64,000 bases of DNA from Dehalococcoidia bacterium. GTDB taxonomy: Bacteria; Chloroflexota; Dehalococcoidia; UBA6926. Below the pieces are notes generated by a model. It saw nothing but the letters and a program-made list of their open reading frames with translations. It had not been told where the DNA came from and ran no database searches. The stretch is taken from NCBI GenBank assembly GCA_034428515.1, contig DAOUHQ010000013.1, positions 82,371-146,370 of the forward strand. The letters are read 5' to 3'. Position numbers and translations under genes: made by a program. The number at the start of each line of letters is the position of its first letter. Position 1 is the first letter of the stretch. Shown here piece by piece: positions 1 to 9,372 of the stretch.

Positions 1-461
1 TTAATCTCGAGGTTAGAATTGACGCCCCCACCCAGTCCCTTCTTGGTGAAATTGGAACTACCAACCACCCCACCGTTCTCCGCGATGTACATTTTGCCGT
101 GGAGAAAGTTCGACCGGCGCACGGACCGAACTTGGACGGTGTCCCGCTGCACCCATTCCTCACAGCGGCGAGCTAGCGCCTTCTGTTGCAGGATCTGTGT
201 GGGAGCAAGGCGGCTCTCGCTCAGATTGAACGCTCGGGCATCTTTCGCGCCGGGATCCAATTCCTCTACTGACGAAGGATCGCCGAAGAGGAACCGAGTG
301 GTATTCAAGTTGTCCAGCGAATCCGCCAACAGCTCGTATCCATAGATGCTGAAGTAGGCGGAAACAATGTCGAACGTCTCGGAACGCAACAGGCGATTCA
401 AGAGGTGGTCAACTACCCGGCGGTCGGGGGTATTATCGAGCAAGTAGCCCTGTTCGGCCAA
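1..461 (-). CDS. N-terminal PLD (HKD) domain of a probable PLD-SNF2 helicase, runs off the window edge
   Basis: Not in the ORF track. Manual translation from TTG at 461 (GGAGG 9 nt upstream): MAEQGYLLDNTPDRRVVDHLL...FDIVSAYFSIYGYELL...NFLHGKMYIAENGGVVGSSNFTKKGLGGGVNSNLEI, open to base 1. HxK...GSxN is the PLD motif. The helicase part is inferred from family knowledge. Confidence 0.72.
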   Translation of the reverse strand, partial: MAEQGYLLDNTPDRRVVDHLLNRLLRSETFDIVSAYFSIYGYELLADSLDNLNTTRFLFGDPSSVEELDPGAKDARAFNLSESRLAPTQILQQKALARRCEEWVQRDTVQVRSVRRSNFLHGKMYIAENGGVVGSSNFTKKGLGGGVNSNLEI

Positions 462-654
462 TTCAGGTGCCCTCCGCCTTATAGTTGGCTCAGACTCACG
501 TCTCGAGCCTTGGTGATACCGCTCCAGTATCCATAGACTCTAGAATACGATCAGCGCCCATCGCTGCGCCACAGTTCAGCCCCTGATTTGTCACGTTCCG
601 TCAATTAGAGGTGCACCGTAGAATCATCCACGCGCGCCGCATTGGCGACGATGT

Positions 655-3600
655 CTATTCCAATGAAACGTCGATTGCCGTGGCTCCCCAAAAATTGAAC
701 CCGATAGAGAAGATGACTCGGGCATTTACCTTCAAGTTCCCGAAGACGCCTTGCACATCATTTCGGGAGTGGAAAAATACTCCGTCTGCGGTGCCGTCCC
801 GAATCACGAAACCGTAGTCGTACTCCAACCTGTCGATTCTCCCGGCAAACTGCTGTGGTCCTTCTTTAGCAGATATCGGGCCCCGGATGGCTCGTTTGAT
901 ATTTGGATTGAACGGAAGATCCCTGAGACGACGGAACCTGTTTCGTGCCTCATCAATATCTCCATTTACGTATAACTGGCGGGCATACCAAAACTGGGCT
1001 TCTATGTTTGAGTCACCCTCCGTGAACGCCCTCCGAAGGTGATACTCGATATCGCCATCATCGCCAGCATCTTGATCAATGAGCAACTTCGCATAGTTGA
1101 AATGAACTCGTTTATCAGTGACCCCAGATTGGATTGCGCGTTTGTAAACATTGACAGACTCAGGTACCTTGCCGCTCCCCTCTAGCATTTTGGCCAGACG
1201 GACAGCAACGAACTGACTATTGGGATTGTTATCAAAGGCAGCCTCTAAAGCTGTAATCGCTCTAGCCTCATCGGCCAATAGGTCTCCCAACTGAGATTCG
1301 GCATCTAACATGTAGGAGTCTCCAGGGAACCTCTGCAAGCCTTCTTGTATAAGCCCCTCAATTTCCTTTACAACATTTCTGAATTCGAGATCGTTCCAGT
1401 CATTCTCCTCGTCGTGAAAGAACCTCCGTAAATTGGCCAGCTGAATCTTAGCAAGAGTGTGTAGACCATGAGAGTCTACGGCAGCGGGCCCGGCCAGCGG
1501 CATCGCTAATTCTCTTGCAGCCCTTAAGCTTGACTGGAACTCCAAAGACGTCTTCGCGCCATCCGCTCGTCGCAGGTGAAGTTCTGCGAATGAGTGTGCT
1601 ATCGTCCGATCATAAGGAGCGAGAGTTCTTGCACGAGTCAAATGTTCTTCAGCCTTCTTGAGGCTTCCATTTGGCCGTACCATTTCAAAGATCGCCATCT
1701 GATGAAAAAGATACGGATACTCTCCAGCGTTCTTGCGGGCTGCGGCGAATATCTCGTCTACCATTCTGTTGTCTCGAAAGTCTTCCAGCAGAGACCTAGC
1801 TCGAACTAGCTTGCGAAAAGCTTTGCGGTCGGACTCATAATCGATGTTCATTGCGTTCAAGATGGTCAAGTGTAAATCTAGTCGTTCTTCGGGCGTGGTC
1901 ATCGCGCGAGCGACCACAATATCCGCTACATGAGGGTGTCGCGTAACATAAACGTAGTCGCCGATTCGTCGATCGAAACGGGAGAATACAAGGGCATCCA
2001 GCGGCTGAAAAAAACGCTCGGCGAATTGATTGAATCCAACTCCATACACTCGGTTGACTATTCCTGCTCGCACTGGAACGTCGTACCTGTTCAAAAAACA
2101 GACGCCCAAGTAAATCAATTGAGCGAGGATCGGACTCACCTCGGCATATTCGTCCGCAATGATGTCCTCAAAGGGTTTACCAAGCGTCGCCTCATGCAAC
2201 GCGACTAACAGTTGACGACCAGCCTTCTCTACAAACGCTGTCTTTCGTTCAGACTGCGAGACATTTTCTAGCCGAAATAGAGCACGGTGACTAGATAGGA
2301 GTTCCAGAAGTCCATCAATCTCCTTGCCTGTTAGATAGCCCACTTCGAATTCATAATCCAGGTAGGGCTCTAGCTCTTCACATGACATGTTCCACTCATT
2401 GACTCGCTCAGCCCCAATAACTGTAAGCGGGATCGTGTAACGGCGAGCTGCTTTGATTACATCAAGAACTTGAGCGGTGTGTTCACCGATATCGTCTACG
2501 AACAAGTAAATCCGCTCATTTACGACCCCCGACAATTCACGAAGAGCTTCAGGCGATAACTGGCCGCTCTTCTGCAAGAACAGGCAGAGACTATTGAAGG
2601 TTAGCGCAGCCTCCCAAGCGATTCGTTGCAATAGCACTGATTTCCCTGACCCGGCGTGGCCTTTGATTACGAATAGTCGACAGCGGGCACCTTCGACATC
2701 CTGTAGTATCGTATCTGTCAAGATGGTGTCTTGTAGCTCCCGCTTTACATCCAAGCCTTGCCCGACCGCAGCCCATCTTGGATTGTAACCTCTGTAAAAC
2801 AACTTGGCATCGAGGGCTTCTGTCGGCATAGCGTTGTATATGAAATCTACATCGCTCTCTAAGAACTCGAGGCATGACGCACTAAGGCCAGGGTCCTTGA
2901 CGACAAATCGCTCGCTGATTGGTAAGTCAGCCGCCACTGGGGATGGCACCACTCCACGGAATACACTGGGAAGTTCCCTATCTAGAGTCCGTAGGAACTC
3001 TTCGAAAGTACCCTCAAGAGGAGTGATCCGTTTCCCCTCCCAGAATCGCTTTTCAGGCCCCGACAGTTCAGGTGTTACTGTAAAATAGCGGGGCCGCTGA
3101 CTTGGCTCTCCCAAATCAAATAGGAATTGACGGATGTCTGGATCCTGAAGGCTTTGTCCTATGAACACTAGAGGATGTTCATAGGACAGATCCTTTAATT
3201 GTCCAAATAGTCGATCCCTACCTCTTCTGTGGGTGACGTATTGATCCACACTGAGGATTAAGGGCAGGGATTCGTCAGTTGTCCTAGTTATACATCCGTG
3301 TAGTTTCAAGAGCCTCAAACTCCTTGGAGATCTAAGTTTCTCTTCTATCTGGTCGCCATTCTTAATCAAAGGCACCAATTCCTGTGAAGGGTTTGGATAC
3401 GTACTATAAGCTCGCTCTATGACTAGGTCGAAATTCGTTGTCGCCAAGCCCGCCCATTTGAATGTTGGCAGCAGCGCATGAAATGAGGCAGGCTGAATGT
3501 CTTGAAACACATCGTGGATATATTGCTGTACCTCGGGCACACTACTCTCCGACATGGCCAGTTCAGAGACTATCGGTAACGGGCTATTGCTATGCTCTCC

Positions 3601-3774
3601 TCCCAGAAATTTTGTCCCTATCATTTCGGCAAGCTCTTTGCCACTCGGCGCCTTACTGCCCTCTGATGTAGATGCAGGGTTTGACGCGCCAGCGCCAAGA
3701 ACCAAGACCACCCTTCCTTCTTTCACGCTCTGCAGTAGGTTGTTGGGAATGTCCATAGCGCGCTCCAAAATCAC
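655..3774 (-). CDS. Sir2-STAND NTPase-TPR-cold-shock-domain protein (Avs5/AVAST-like anti-phage candidate)
   Basis: Sir2 motifs LVLGAGAS, TTNFD, KLHG, FIGQSL; Walker A GHAGSGKS; Walker B LFVDD; helical TPR-like region; C-terminal GRIDRLEYDYGFV...VFFH cold-shock/OB fold. Confidence 0.85.
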   Translation of the reverse strand: MILERAMDIPNNLLQSVKEGRVVLVLGAGASNPASTSEGSKAPSGKELAEMIGTKFLGGEHSNSPLPIVSELAMSESSVPEVQQYIHDVFQDIQPASFHALLPTFKWAGLATTNFDLVIERAYSTYPNPSQELVPLIKNGDQIEEKLRSPRSLRLLKLHGCITRTTDESLPLILSVDQYVTHRRGRDRLFGQLKDLSYEHPLVFIGQSLQDPDIRQFLFDLGEPSQRPRYFTVTPELSGPEKRFWEGKRITPLEGTFEEFLRTLDRELPSVFRGVVPSPVAADLPISERFVVKDPGLSASCLEFLESDVDFIYNAMPTEALDAKLFYRGYNPRWAAVGQGLDVKRELQDTILTDTILQDVEGARCRLFVIKGHAGSGKSVLLQRIAWEAALTFNSLCLFLQKSGQLSPEALRELSGVVNERIYLFVDDIGEHTAQVLDVIKAARRYTIPLTVIGAERVNEWNMSCEELEPYLDYEFEVGYLTGKEIDGLLELLSSHRALFRLENVSQSERKTAFVEKAGRQLLVALHEATLGKPFEDIIADEYAEVSPILAQLIYLGVCFLNRYDVPVRAGIVNRVYGVGFNQFAERFFQPLDALVFSRFDRRIGDYVYVTRHPHVADIVVARAMTTPEERLDLHLTILNAMNIDYESDRKAFRKLVRARSLLEDFRDNRMVDEIFAAARKNAGEYPYLFHQMAIFEMVRPNGSLKKAEEHLTRARTLAPYDRTIAHSFAELHLRRADGAKTSLEFQSSLRAARELAMPLAGPAAVDSHGLHTLAKIQLANLRRFFHDEENDWNDLEFRNVVKEIEGLIQEGLQRFPGDSYMLDAESQLGDLLADEARAITALEAAFDNNPNSQFVAVRLAKMLEGSGKVPESVNVYKRAIQSGVTDKRVHFNYAKLLIDQDAGDDGDIEYHLRRAFTEGDSNIEAQFWYARQLYVNGDIDEARNRFRRLRDLPFNPNIKRAIRGPISAKEGPQQFAGRIDRLEYDYGFVIRDGTADGVFFHSRNDVQGVFGNLKVNARVIFSIGFNFWGATAIDVSLE

Positions 3775-3966
3775 ATCCGTCCAAGAAGATCGTAGTAATC
3801 CGAATCATCATAGCAAGACAAATCCATCCATTCTAGATGCCAGCCTCCCACGGATGTAGATACTTGAGCCTGTGGATGGGCACGCCAATAGAGGCTAGCG
3901 GCTAGGTGTGCCGACGAAGTATGCGGGCCACTTGGGATTCGCCGTCGCCGTGAGTGGCTGATGAAA

Positions 3967-4386
3967 TCAAGGGAGTAGCTTGAACTGCCCTGAAGCTAGT
4001 CGTGAGTCCGGGCATTGTTCCATCGCCCGAATAGGAGCCATGCCTCCTTGTCTGACTTGGATGCTCAAATCGTAGCCGTCAAGCAACAACATTCCAACGA
4101 GCGGTGTGCTGCCGGATGCATCGGCCTCGATGTCTCTTGGTTGGCCATCCCATGAGACGGAGACGTAGTGAACATCGAAATTTACTTCATTGTCGACAGC
4201 CAAGATCGCTCGGCCGAATGAGGCGAAGGGCAAATCTAATGCCGCCTCCAATGGTGGCGGCAGTGTCAAGAAACCGTTGTAGCCAGTGTCAACGACAGCC
4301 GAGATGTCAAAAGGTCGCCCGTCCGCACCAAATAGGCGAAGGGGAATGATCGCCTCATATGCAGGGTTGACAATCCCCTAAATCAC
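3967..4386 (-). pseudogene. Clan AA (retropepsin-like) aspartic protease with in-frame TAG at codon 3
   Basis: GTG at 4386 overlaps the upstream TGA (GTGA). It reads M-I-*(TAG 4380-4378)-GIVNPAYEAIIPLRL...VVDTGYNGFLTLP...PLVGMLLL, with the DTG catalytic motif. Confidence 0.72.
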
Positions 4387-4673
4387 TCGGTTCTCCGCAG
4401 CGATCTGCCACTATAGCTGCGCAAAGCCCTGTATCCAACCCGCTCGCATAGGATATTAATGGCATCCGGGCACTGCTCCCGGAGGCCTTCAATCGCATCT
4501 CGTGTGGAGGGCGCAACGGCCCAAGTTCTGGAATCCACATCGATGGCGACATACTCACCGTGATGGTCACGCTCCACTTTAGGCAAGACAACTTTGTCGT
4601 ATATTTCCTTGCCTAGGCGTACCGCCTCATCTCGGGGCACGCGTGATTTTGCGGGCGTCTTCGCTTCAGACAT
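4383..4673 (-). CDS. Small DUF5678-like protein, usual partner of clan AA aspartic proteases
   Basis: HHGEYVAIDVDS...ERVGY pattern; translationally coupled to the protease gene. Confidence 0.6.
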   Translation of the reverse strand: MSEAKTPAKSRVPRDEAVRLGKEIYDKVVLPKVERDHHGEYVAIDVDSRTWAVAPSTRDAIEGLREQCPDAINILCERVGYRALRSYSGRSLRRTE

Positions 4674-4771
4674 TCACCATCCTTCCGAACTTGAGCCAAC
4701 CGCCTTGCATTCTAGCGTGTGAGGCCCTTTCGAACAAAAACACAAAAAGGGCCTACATACATGGCCAGAGC

Positions 4772-4811
4772 AGGCGGGAGGATGTAGCCCACTGACTACA
4801 TCCTCCCGCCT
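4772..4811. terminator. Perfect 16-bp stem hairpin (8-nt loop) downstream of the helicase
   Basis: AGGCGGGAGGATGTAG (4772-4787) and CTACATCCTCCCGCCT (4796-4811); T-rich tract follows on the minus strand at ~4730-4750. Confidence 0.6.
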
Positions 4812-4845
4812 TTCTCAACTGTTGCTGCGGAATTCCAGGTGGAAC

Positions 4846-7137
4846 CTACGCCGGCACGGCCACCCTCTCTTCCTCGTGCTCCATTGCCACTGCCCATTCG
4901 AAGAGTGACTGGGTGGGTTGGGCGTTGCGGGGGCGGCCCATTTGCTTGGGTTTCGCCTCCGCCATGAACTCCGCCCAGGAGAAGAGCGAGCTCTGCGGCA
5001 CATCGGACTCTGGCTCCGTGCTGGCGACCGCTTGGAGCGGGTGCTCGGTTTCTTCCGCCGAGTGGACTTCCACGATGGTGGGTGCAATCTGCTCCGGTGC
5101 TTGCCAGCCGTCGTCCACCAGGTACGATTCCGACTCGGTTTCGGAAGCTCGGGCCTGGGCGAAAGCGGCTTCCACCGTGTCCGCCGCGTCGTCCTCATCG
5201 CCATTGACCAGCTTGCGAGCCAGGGCGAGCATGAGGTCATCGCCGTCGTCACCGTAGGCTGCGAGGCCATCCTCGGGTAGCTCTCCTTCGACTGCTAGCG
5301 ACGACTGGAGCTTCTTTGCCACCAGCTTGAGCGCGTCGGCTTGAAGGGTGTTCCAATAGGCCATCAAGATGACCTTCACGGGCCGGGTCTGGCCGATCCG
5401 CCACGAACGTCGGGATGCCTGCCGCATCGTGTACACCGAGTAGTCCGTCTCGTACCAGACGATGGTCGGGAAGTCCACGAGGTCGAGGCCGGTCTGGACA
5501 AGTCGCGGGTGGCAGATGATGACATCCACCCCCTGCTTGACCTTCTCTGCCACCCACGCCTCGCGCTTCTCCGGTGCCACCGCGTCCGCCTTCATCACGG
5601 CCACCTTGAACCCGTGTCGCGTGAGCATGTCGTCCATGCGGCCGGTGATGTCGCGGGTGCCCGTGTGAGTGGTGTAGACGAGGACCCGCCGCCCAGCCAA
5701 CCGTTCCGCCGCGACCAGGTCGAGCAGCGCCTTCTCCTTCGGGTAGACGCGATCCTCGGCCAGCGGCGGCACCTGGATGAGGGGCTCGCCAGAGTCCGGA
5801 TCGAAAACCGTCTCGCCACGCGTGCAGCCGTCAGGGTAGGCCAGCAGCGACTGCAGGTAGGTGGAAAGGAGCCGCCGCGACCCGTCGGCCAACGCCTTTA
5901 CCATCGCGTGCCGCAGCTTCTCGAACAGCTTCTCGTAGGCCGACTTCTGCGAGAAGCCCGTCGCATCGGCATCCGGGTCCATTCCCGCCAGCATGACCTG
6001 TTCCTCGTAGTCGGGCAGGCCGGATGCCACGTCCGACAGCCGCAGGAACACCGAGTTACCGATGAGGTGGAAGAGCGCGGACGGCGCGAGGCCGGGGCGT
6101 TCCTTCACAGTCTTCCGATACTTGCGACGGCGGCTGTTGCGACCGTCCTCCGTGAAGCGGTCGTCGTCCTTGCCGATGGAGTGCTCGACGAAGCCGTAGC
6201 GTGTGATCCAGCGTCCCTCCTCGGACCGTCCGAACTCCGAACGAATCGCCGGGCTGAACCTGTAGAGCAGGTGAAACAGCGTCGAGCTGTAGCCGCCCAA
6301 CAGCGTGCCGGTCAGTGTGAGCGACCGACCGCAGGCGTCGGCTAGCACGCCCGCCGCGATGCCCTGCGCGGAGCCTCGTCCCTTGTACTCATGGACCTCG
6401 TCTCCGATTAGCAGGTCGAAGAATCCGCGCATGTGGTTCTTGACGTAGTCGGAGAGCGGGTAGCGGCGCGGCCCTGAGTTGTCCGCCTGCCAGAGCGGGC
6501 CGTGGCACTCGGGGCAGTTCCGCTTGCGGCGCGAGAGGTCCTCGTCCGAGAGCGGCACGCCGTCGGCGTCCACGATCTGCTCCGCGCAGACGGGGCAGGT
6601 CGGGATGCGAAACGGCAGCCCTGTCTCCTCCATCCGCATCAACCTGCCGCCCGCGACCGCCCAGCGGTTTACGACGGCGGGCTGCCAGCGGTAGGACAGT
6701 TTGGCGCGCTCGCGGGACATGATGGCGAAGAGCGGGCCAAGTGTGACAGCGCGTCTGAGGTTCACCAGGTCCGTGATGGAACTGACGATCACGGCACGTG
6801 CGCCCGGGATGGTCTGCTCGACCTCTCGCTTCCACTTAACGGTCAGGTGGGGCGGCACGAGGACGAGGATGCGTTGAAAGCCGGCGGCGTGCGCGGCGGA
6901 CGTCGCGATGAACGTCTTGCCCGTACCCATCTCGCCGACGACGGTTGTGCCTCGGTTCGCCCGGAGCGAGAGCGCCGCCCCGCGAATCGCGTCCGCCTGA
7001 GCGCCGAGCGGGGTGCGGAGCAGCGTGGGCAGCGGAACCGAACCGGCGTCGGAGGGCCGGTAGAGGGGAGGGTAGGATTCCACGACGCGCTGAGCGATTG
7101 CGTCCTTGTAGGTGTCGATGAATTCACCGAGATTCAT
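4846..7137 (-). CDS. SF2 (SNF2/DEAD-like) helicase of ICE type
   Basis: Walker A GEMGTGKT, DEVH box, TLTGT, helicase-C motifs (TGLDL...QASRRSWRIGQ). Start set at MNLGEF (7137, AAGGAAAGGAAGG upstream) rather than 7674. Confidence 0.85.
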   Translation of the reverse strand: MNLGEFIDTYKDAIAQRVVESYPPLYRPSDAGSVPLPTLLRTPLGAQADAIRGAALSLRANRGTTVVGEMGTGKTFIATSAAHAAGFQRILVLVPPHLTVKWKREVEQTIPGARAVIVSSITDLVNLRRAVTLGPLFAIMSRERAKLSYRWQPAVVNRWAVAGGRLMRMEETGLPFRIPTCPVCAEQIVDADGVPLSDEDLSRRKRNCPECHGPLWQADNSGPRRYPLSDYVKNHMRGFFDLLIGDEVHEYKGRGSAQGIAAGVLADACGRSLTLTGTLLGGYSSTLFHLLYRFSPAIRSEFGRSEEGRWITRYGFVEHSIGKDDDRFTEDGRNSRRRKYRKTVKERPGLAPSALFHLIGNSVFLRLSDVASGLPDYEEQVMLAGMDPDADATGFSQKSAYEKLFEKLRHAMVKALADGSRRLLSTYLQSLLAYPDGCTRGETVFDPDSGEPLIQVPPLAEDRVYPKEKALLDLVAAERLAGRRVLVYTTHTGTRDITGRMDDMLTRHGFKVAVMKADAVAPEKREAWVAEKVKQGVDVIICHPRLVQTGLDLVDFPTIVWYETDYSVYTMRQASRRSWRIGQTRPVKVILMAYWNTLQADALKLVAKKLQSSLAVEGELPEDGLAAYGDDGDDLMLALARKLVNGDEDDAADTVEAAFAQARASETESESYLVDDGWQAPEQIAPTIVEVHSAEETEHPLQAVASTEPESDVPQSSLFSWAEFMAEAKPKQMGRPRNAQPTQSLFEWAVAMEHEEERVAVPA

Positions 7138-7241
7138 GGGCGTCCTTCCTTTCCTTTTGGTGCTATGGTGATTCGGCGAGGCTCCGGCACCCGGTGGGGG
7201 AGGGTGACGGAGCCTTGAGATTCGGCCATGGCATTGACCGT

Positions 7242-8282
7242 CTAGGCGGCGATGTCTGTTATCTCGCCGTCGTCGAGGCCGAGGGCGACGACCGTCGTCT
7301 TCAGCCTCTCGCGGAACACCTCCTTCTCCGGCGTCTCGTCGACGAGCTCCATCTCCTTCGACGTGCGCCCCTTGACGAGGATGCGCCTGCCGTCCGCCTC
7401 CAGCTGGAGGTTGTCCAGGAAGCCGGCCGCCACGAGCATGGCCATGTGACCGCGCCGCAGCGGCATGAGCGGACGGGTGCGGTCCTCGCTCGCGGGCCAG
7501 AGGACATCTGTGATTTGTGGGTTCGTCCACAACCCGGCGCGTCTCGCCTCGACCGCCGCGGCAACGGGATCGACCGTGCGCCGCGTGAAGAGGATGTCCC
7601 CGACGGCGGTCACCGGCGGATAGAAGACCGTGTACTGGGAGTGGGTCAGCGTCTCGGGCTCCCCCTCGGCCCATTCCCTGATCTGCGCCTCCGTGGAGGA
7701 GTCGGGGCTGGGATCCGAGCGCCGGATGGCCATGAGCACCACCTGGTCGAAGACCTCCCGCTCGGGGTCGGGAAACGCCCAGCAGCGCACCCGCGTGTAG
7801 TGGGTCGACAGGAACCGCGCCGAGACGGCGAGCCGTTGGCGGGGCACGATGAAGACCAGCACGCCGCCGTCGACCAGGTAGCGGGTGCAGTGGGTGAGGA
7901 AGGCGTGTTCGACGCGCTTCTTGTCGTCCTGCTCCCAGTCGTAGGGCGGGTTCAGGTACAGCAGCCCGAACGCGCCGTTGGCGATGGACGTCTGGAAGGC
8001 GTCCGCCGGGAGCACGTGGTCGAGCCGTTCGGCGGCCTCTTCTGCCCGCTCCTTGTGGAGCTCGACGCCGTAGCTCTCGACCGCCGCCGTGCCGCCCTGC
8101 CGGAGCAGATCGGTCAGCCGTCCGAGAGCGTCGCCCGGGCCGCAGCAGGGATCGAGCGTGCGGATGCTCGCCTTCGATGCCTGATGGTAGCCGTAGGGCT
8201 GCCGCATCAGGCCGCCGATCATATCGACGACCCGGTCCGGCGTGGGATAGTAGCCGCCCTTGGCCTGTGCCGCGAGTCTCAT
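7242..8282 (-). CDS. SAM-dependent DNA methyltransferase-like protein (DUF6094-type)
   Basis: GGYYPTP, LDPCCGPG (motif I), LYLNPPY (amino-MTase motif IV). Start set at MRLAAQ (8282, AAGGAG upstream). Confidence 0.85.
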   Translation of the reverse strand: MRLAAQAKGGYYPTPDRVVDMIGGLMRQPYGYHQASKASIRTLDPCCGPGDALGRLTDLLRQGGTAAVESYGVELHKERAEEAAERLDHVLPADAFQTSIANGAFGLLYLNPPYDWEQDDKKRVEHAFLTHCTRYLVDGGVLVFIVPRQRLAVSARFLSTHYTRVRCWAFPDPEREVFDQVVLMAIRRSDPSPDSSTEAQIREWAEGEPETLTHSQYTVFYPPVTAVGDILFTRRTVDPVAAAVEARRAGLWTNPQITDVLWPASEDRTRPLMPLRRGHMAMLVAAGFLDNLQLEADGRRILVKGRTSKEMELVDETPEKEVFRERLKTTVVALGLDDGEITDIAA

Positions 8283-8295
8283 GTGACTCTCCTTT

Positions 8296-8688
8296 CTAGT
8301 CCGTGTCCTTGTCGTTGATGCCGACGACCTCGCCGACGCCGTGGGTCTGCTGGAAGCAGAGCGCCTGGCTCGTCCTGAGGCGTGCTGCGCAGGTCGTACA
8401 GTAGGCCGTGACGATCTCCGCGTCACGGGCGACGGCGACGCGCTTGACGAGGATCACCCTCTCCGCGCCGATGCGGTAGGTGTAGAGCGTCACGCGTCCG
8501 TCGCCGCTCTCCTCCCGCGTGGCGGGACGGTAGAAGTGGGGCTGTACGGCGACGGTCAGGTGGGAGCCGCCGTCGTGTCCGCAGTAGGGGCAGATGCCGC
8601 GGTCGAGCGCGAACCTCTTCCATGCGCGGACGTTCTTCTGTCGCCGCTTGACGTTGGCGCGGCGAGCTTTCCTGAGCGTCTTATCCAT
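8296..8688 (-). CDS. Hypothetical protein with two CxxC pairs (possible Zn-binding)
   Basis: CPYCG and YCTTC; fits operon spacing. Confidence 0.6.
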   Translation of the reverse strand: MDKTLRKARRANVKRRQKNVRAWKRFALDRGICPYCGHDGGSHLTVAVQPHFYRPATREESGDGRVTLYTYRIGAERVILVKRVAVARDAEIVTAYCTTCAARLRTSQALCFQQTHGVGEVVGINDKDTD

Positions 8689-9313
8689 CGGCGGCCTCCG
8701 ATTGCCGGAGCGTAAGCGCGCCCATGCCGACGGCCATCGAGAGGTCCTCGCGGAGCGCCTCGGAGTCGGGGGAGCACCGGTAGGCGACGATGCCCTGTGA
8801 GTCGAGCCTGACGATCTCCTTCCGTCGCTGCCCGCGCTTCCAGAGCCACTCCGCCCAGTCGCGGTGCAGCGGCAGCGGGCTCCGCCGGTCTAGGAAACGG
8901 TGGTGCAGGGCGGGGGCCGCGTCCTCCGACTCCGCGAGCAGGAGGAAATCGTCGCGTTCGAAGGCGTACTCCGCCATGCGGGTGAAGACCAGCGCGTGCC
9001 AGCCGCCCGACGACTGGAGTCGCTGGATCTTCGTCGTCCAGGTGCCGATGGTGGTGGGCGGGATGACGCAGCGCTGGTAGCCGCCGGAGATGGCCATGCC
9101 GTCCACGCCGCGAATCAGGTGGGCGGGCTCGGGCGGCTGCTTGAGCATTGAGCCCCAGATGGCCTTGAGCGCCGTCTGCGCCCCGACCATCGACAGGAAC
9201 CAGAGCGTGCCGTCCTTTGGATCGCGAGCAAATGCGTCCGCCGTGGCGGAGAAGCCGCCCGCGTTCACCGTGTACAGCGACTCGGCGTCGATCATTACAG
9301 TCTGAACAGTCAT
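8681..9313 (-). CDS. Conserved hypothetical ICE protein
   Basis: Start set at MTVQTV (9313) after AGGAAAGG; overlaps the next gene by 8 nt. Confidence 0.65.
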   Translation of the reverse strand: MTVQTVMIDAESLYTVNAGGFSATADAFARDPKDGTLWFLSMVGAQTALKAIWGSMLKQPPEPAHLIRGVDGMAISGGYQRCVIPPTTIGTWTTKIQRLQSSGGWHALVFTRMAEYAFERDDFLLLAESEDAAPALHHRFLDRRSPLPLHRDWAEWLWKRGQRRKEIVRLDSQGIVAYRCSPDSEALREDLSMAVGMGALTLRQSEAADG

Positions 9314-9372
9314 TGGCGTTTGTCCTTTCCTGTAGGGAGCGGGTGGATGCGGGAGCGATGTCCCGTGACGCC

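Noticed and set aside
4378-4380. Pyrrolysine recoding of the amber codon
   Set aside because: No pyl genes are visible and the position is not catalytic; a nonsense mutation is simpler.
1-4850. attL direct repeat of the tRNA-Val 3' end
   Set aside because: No copy of TGGTGGGCGATAC or its complement was found by eye; the left boundary remains undefined and may lie outside the window.
7138-7674. N-terminal extension of the helicase ORF (and similar extensions at 8426, 9604, 13171, 20314, 22962, 41812, 47926, 52276)
   Set aside because: These overlap neighbouring genes, are low-complexity GC-rich read-through, and better starts with ribosome-binding sites lie downstream.
5341-8318. Long plus-strand ORFs (334 aa, 238 aa, 374 aa) and similar shadow ORFs such as 31315-32550, 51645-52760 and 62498-63580
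   Set aside because: They are antisense or off-frame shadows of well-supported genes in high-GC DNA, with no recognisable motifs.
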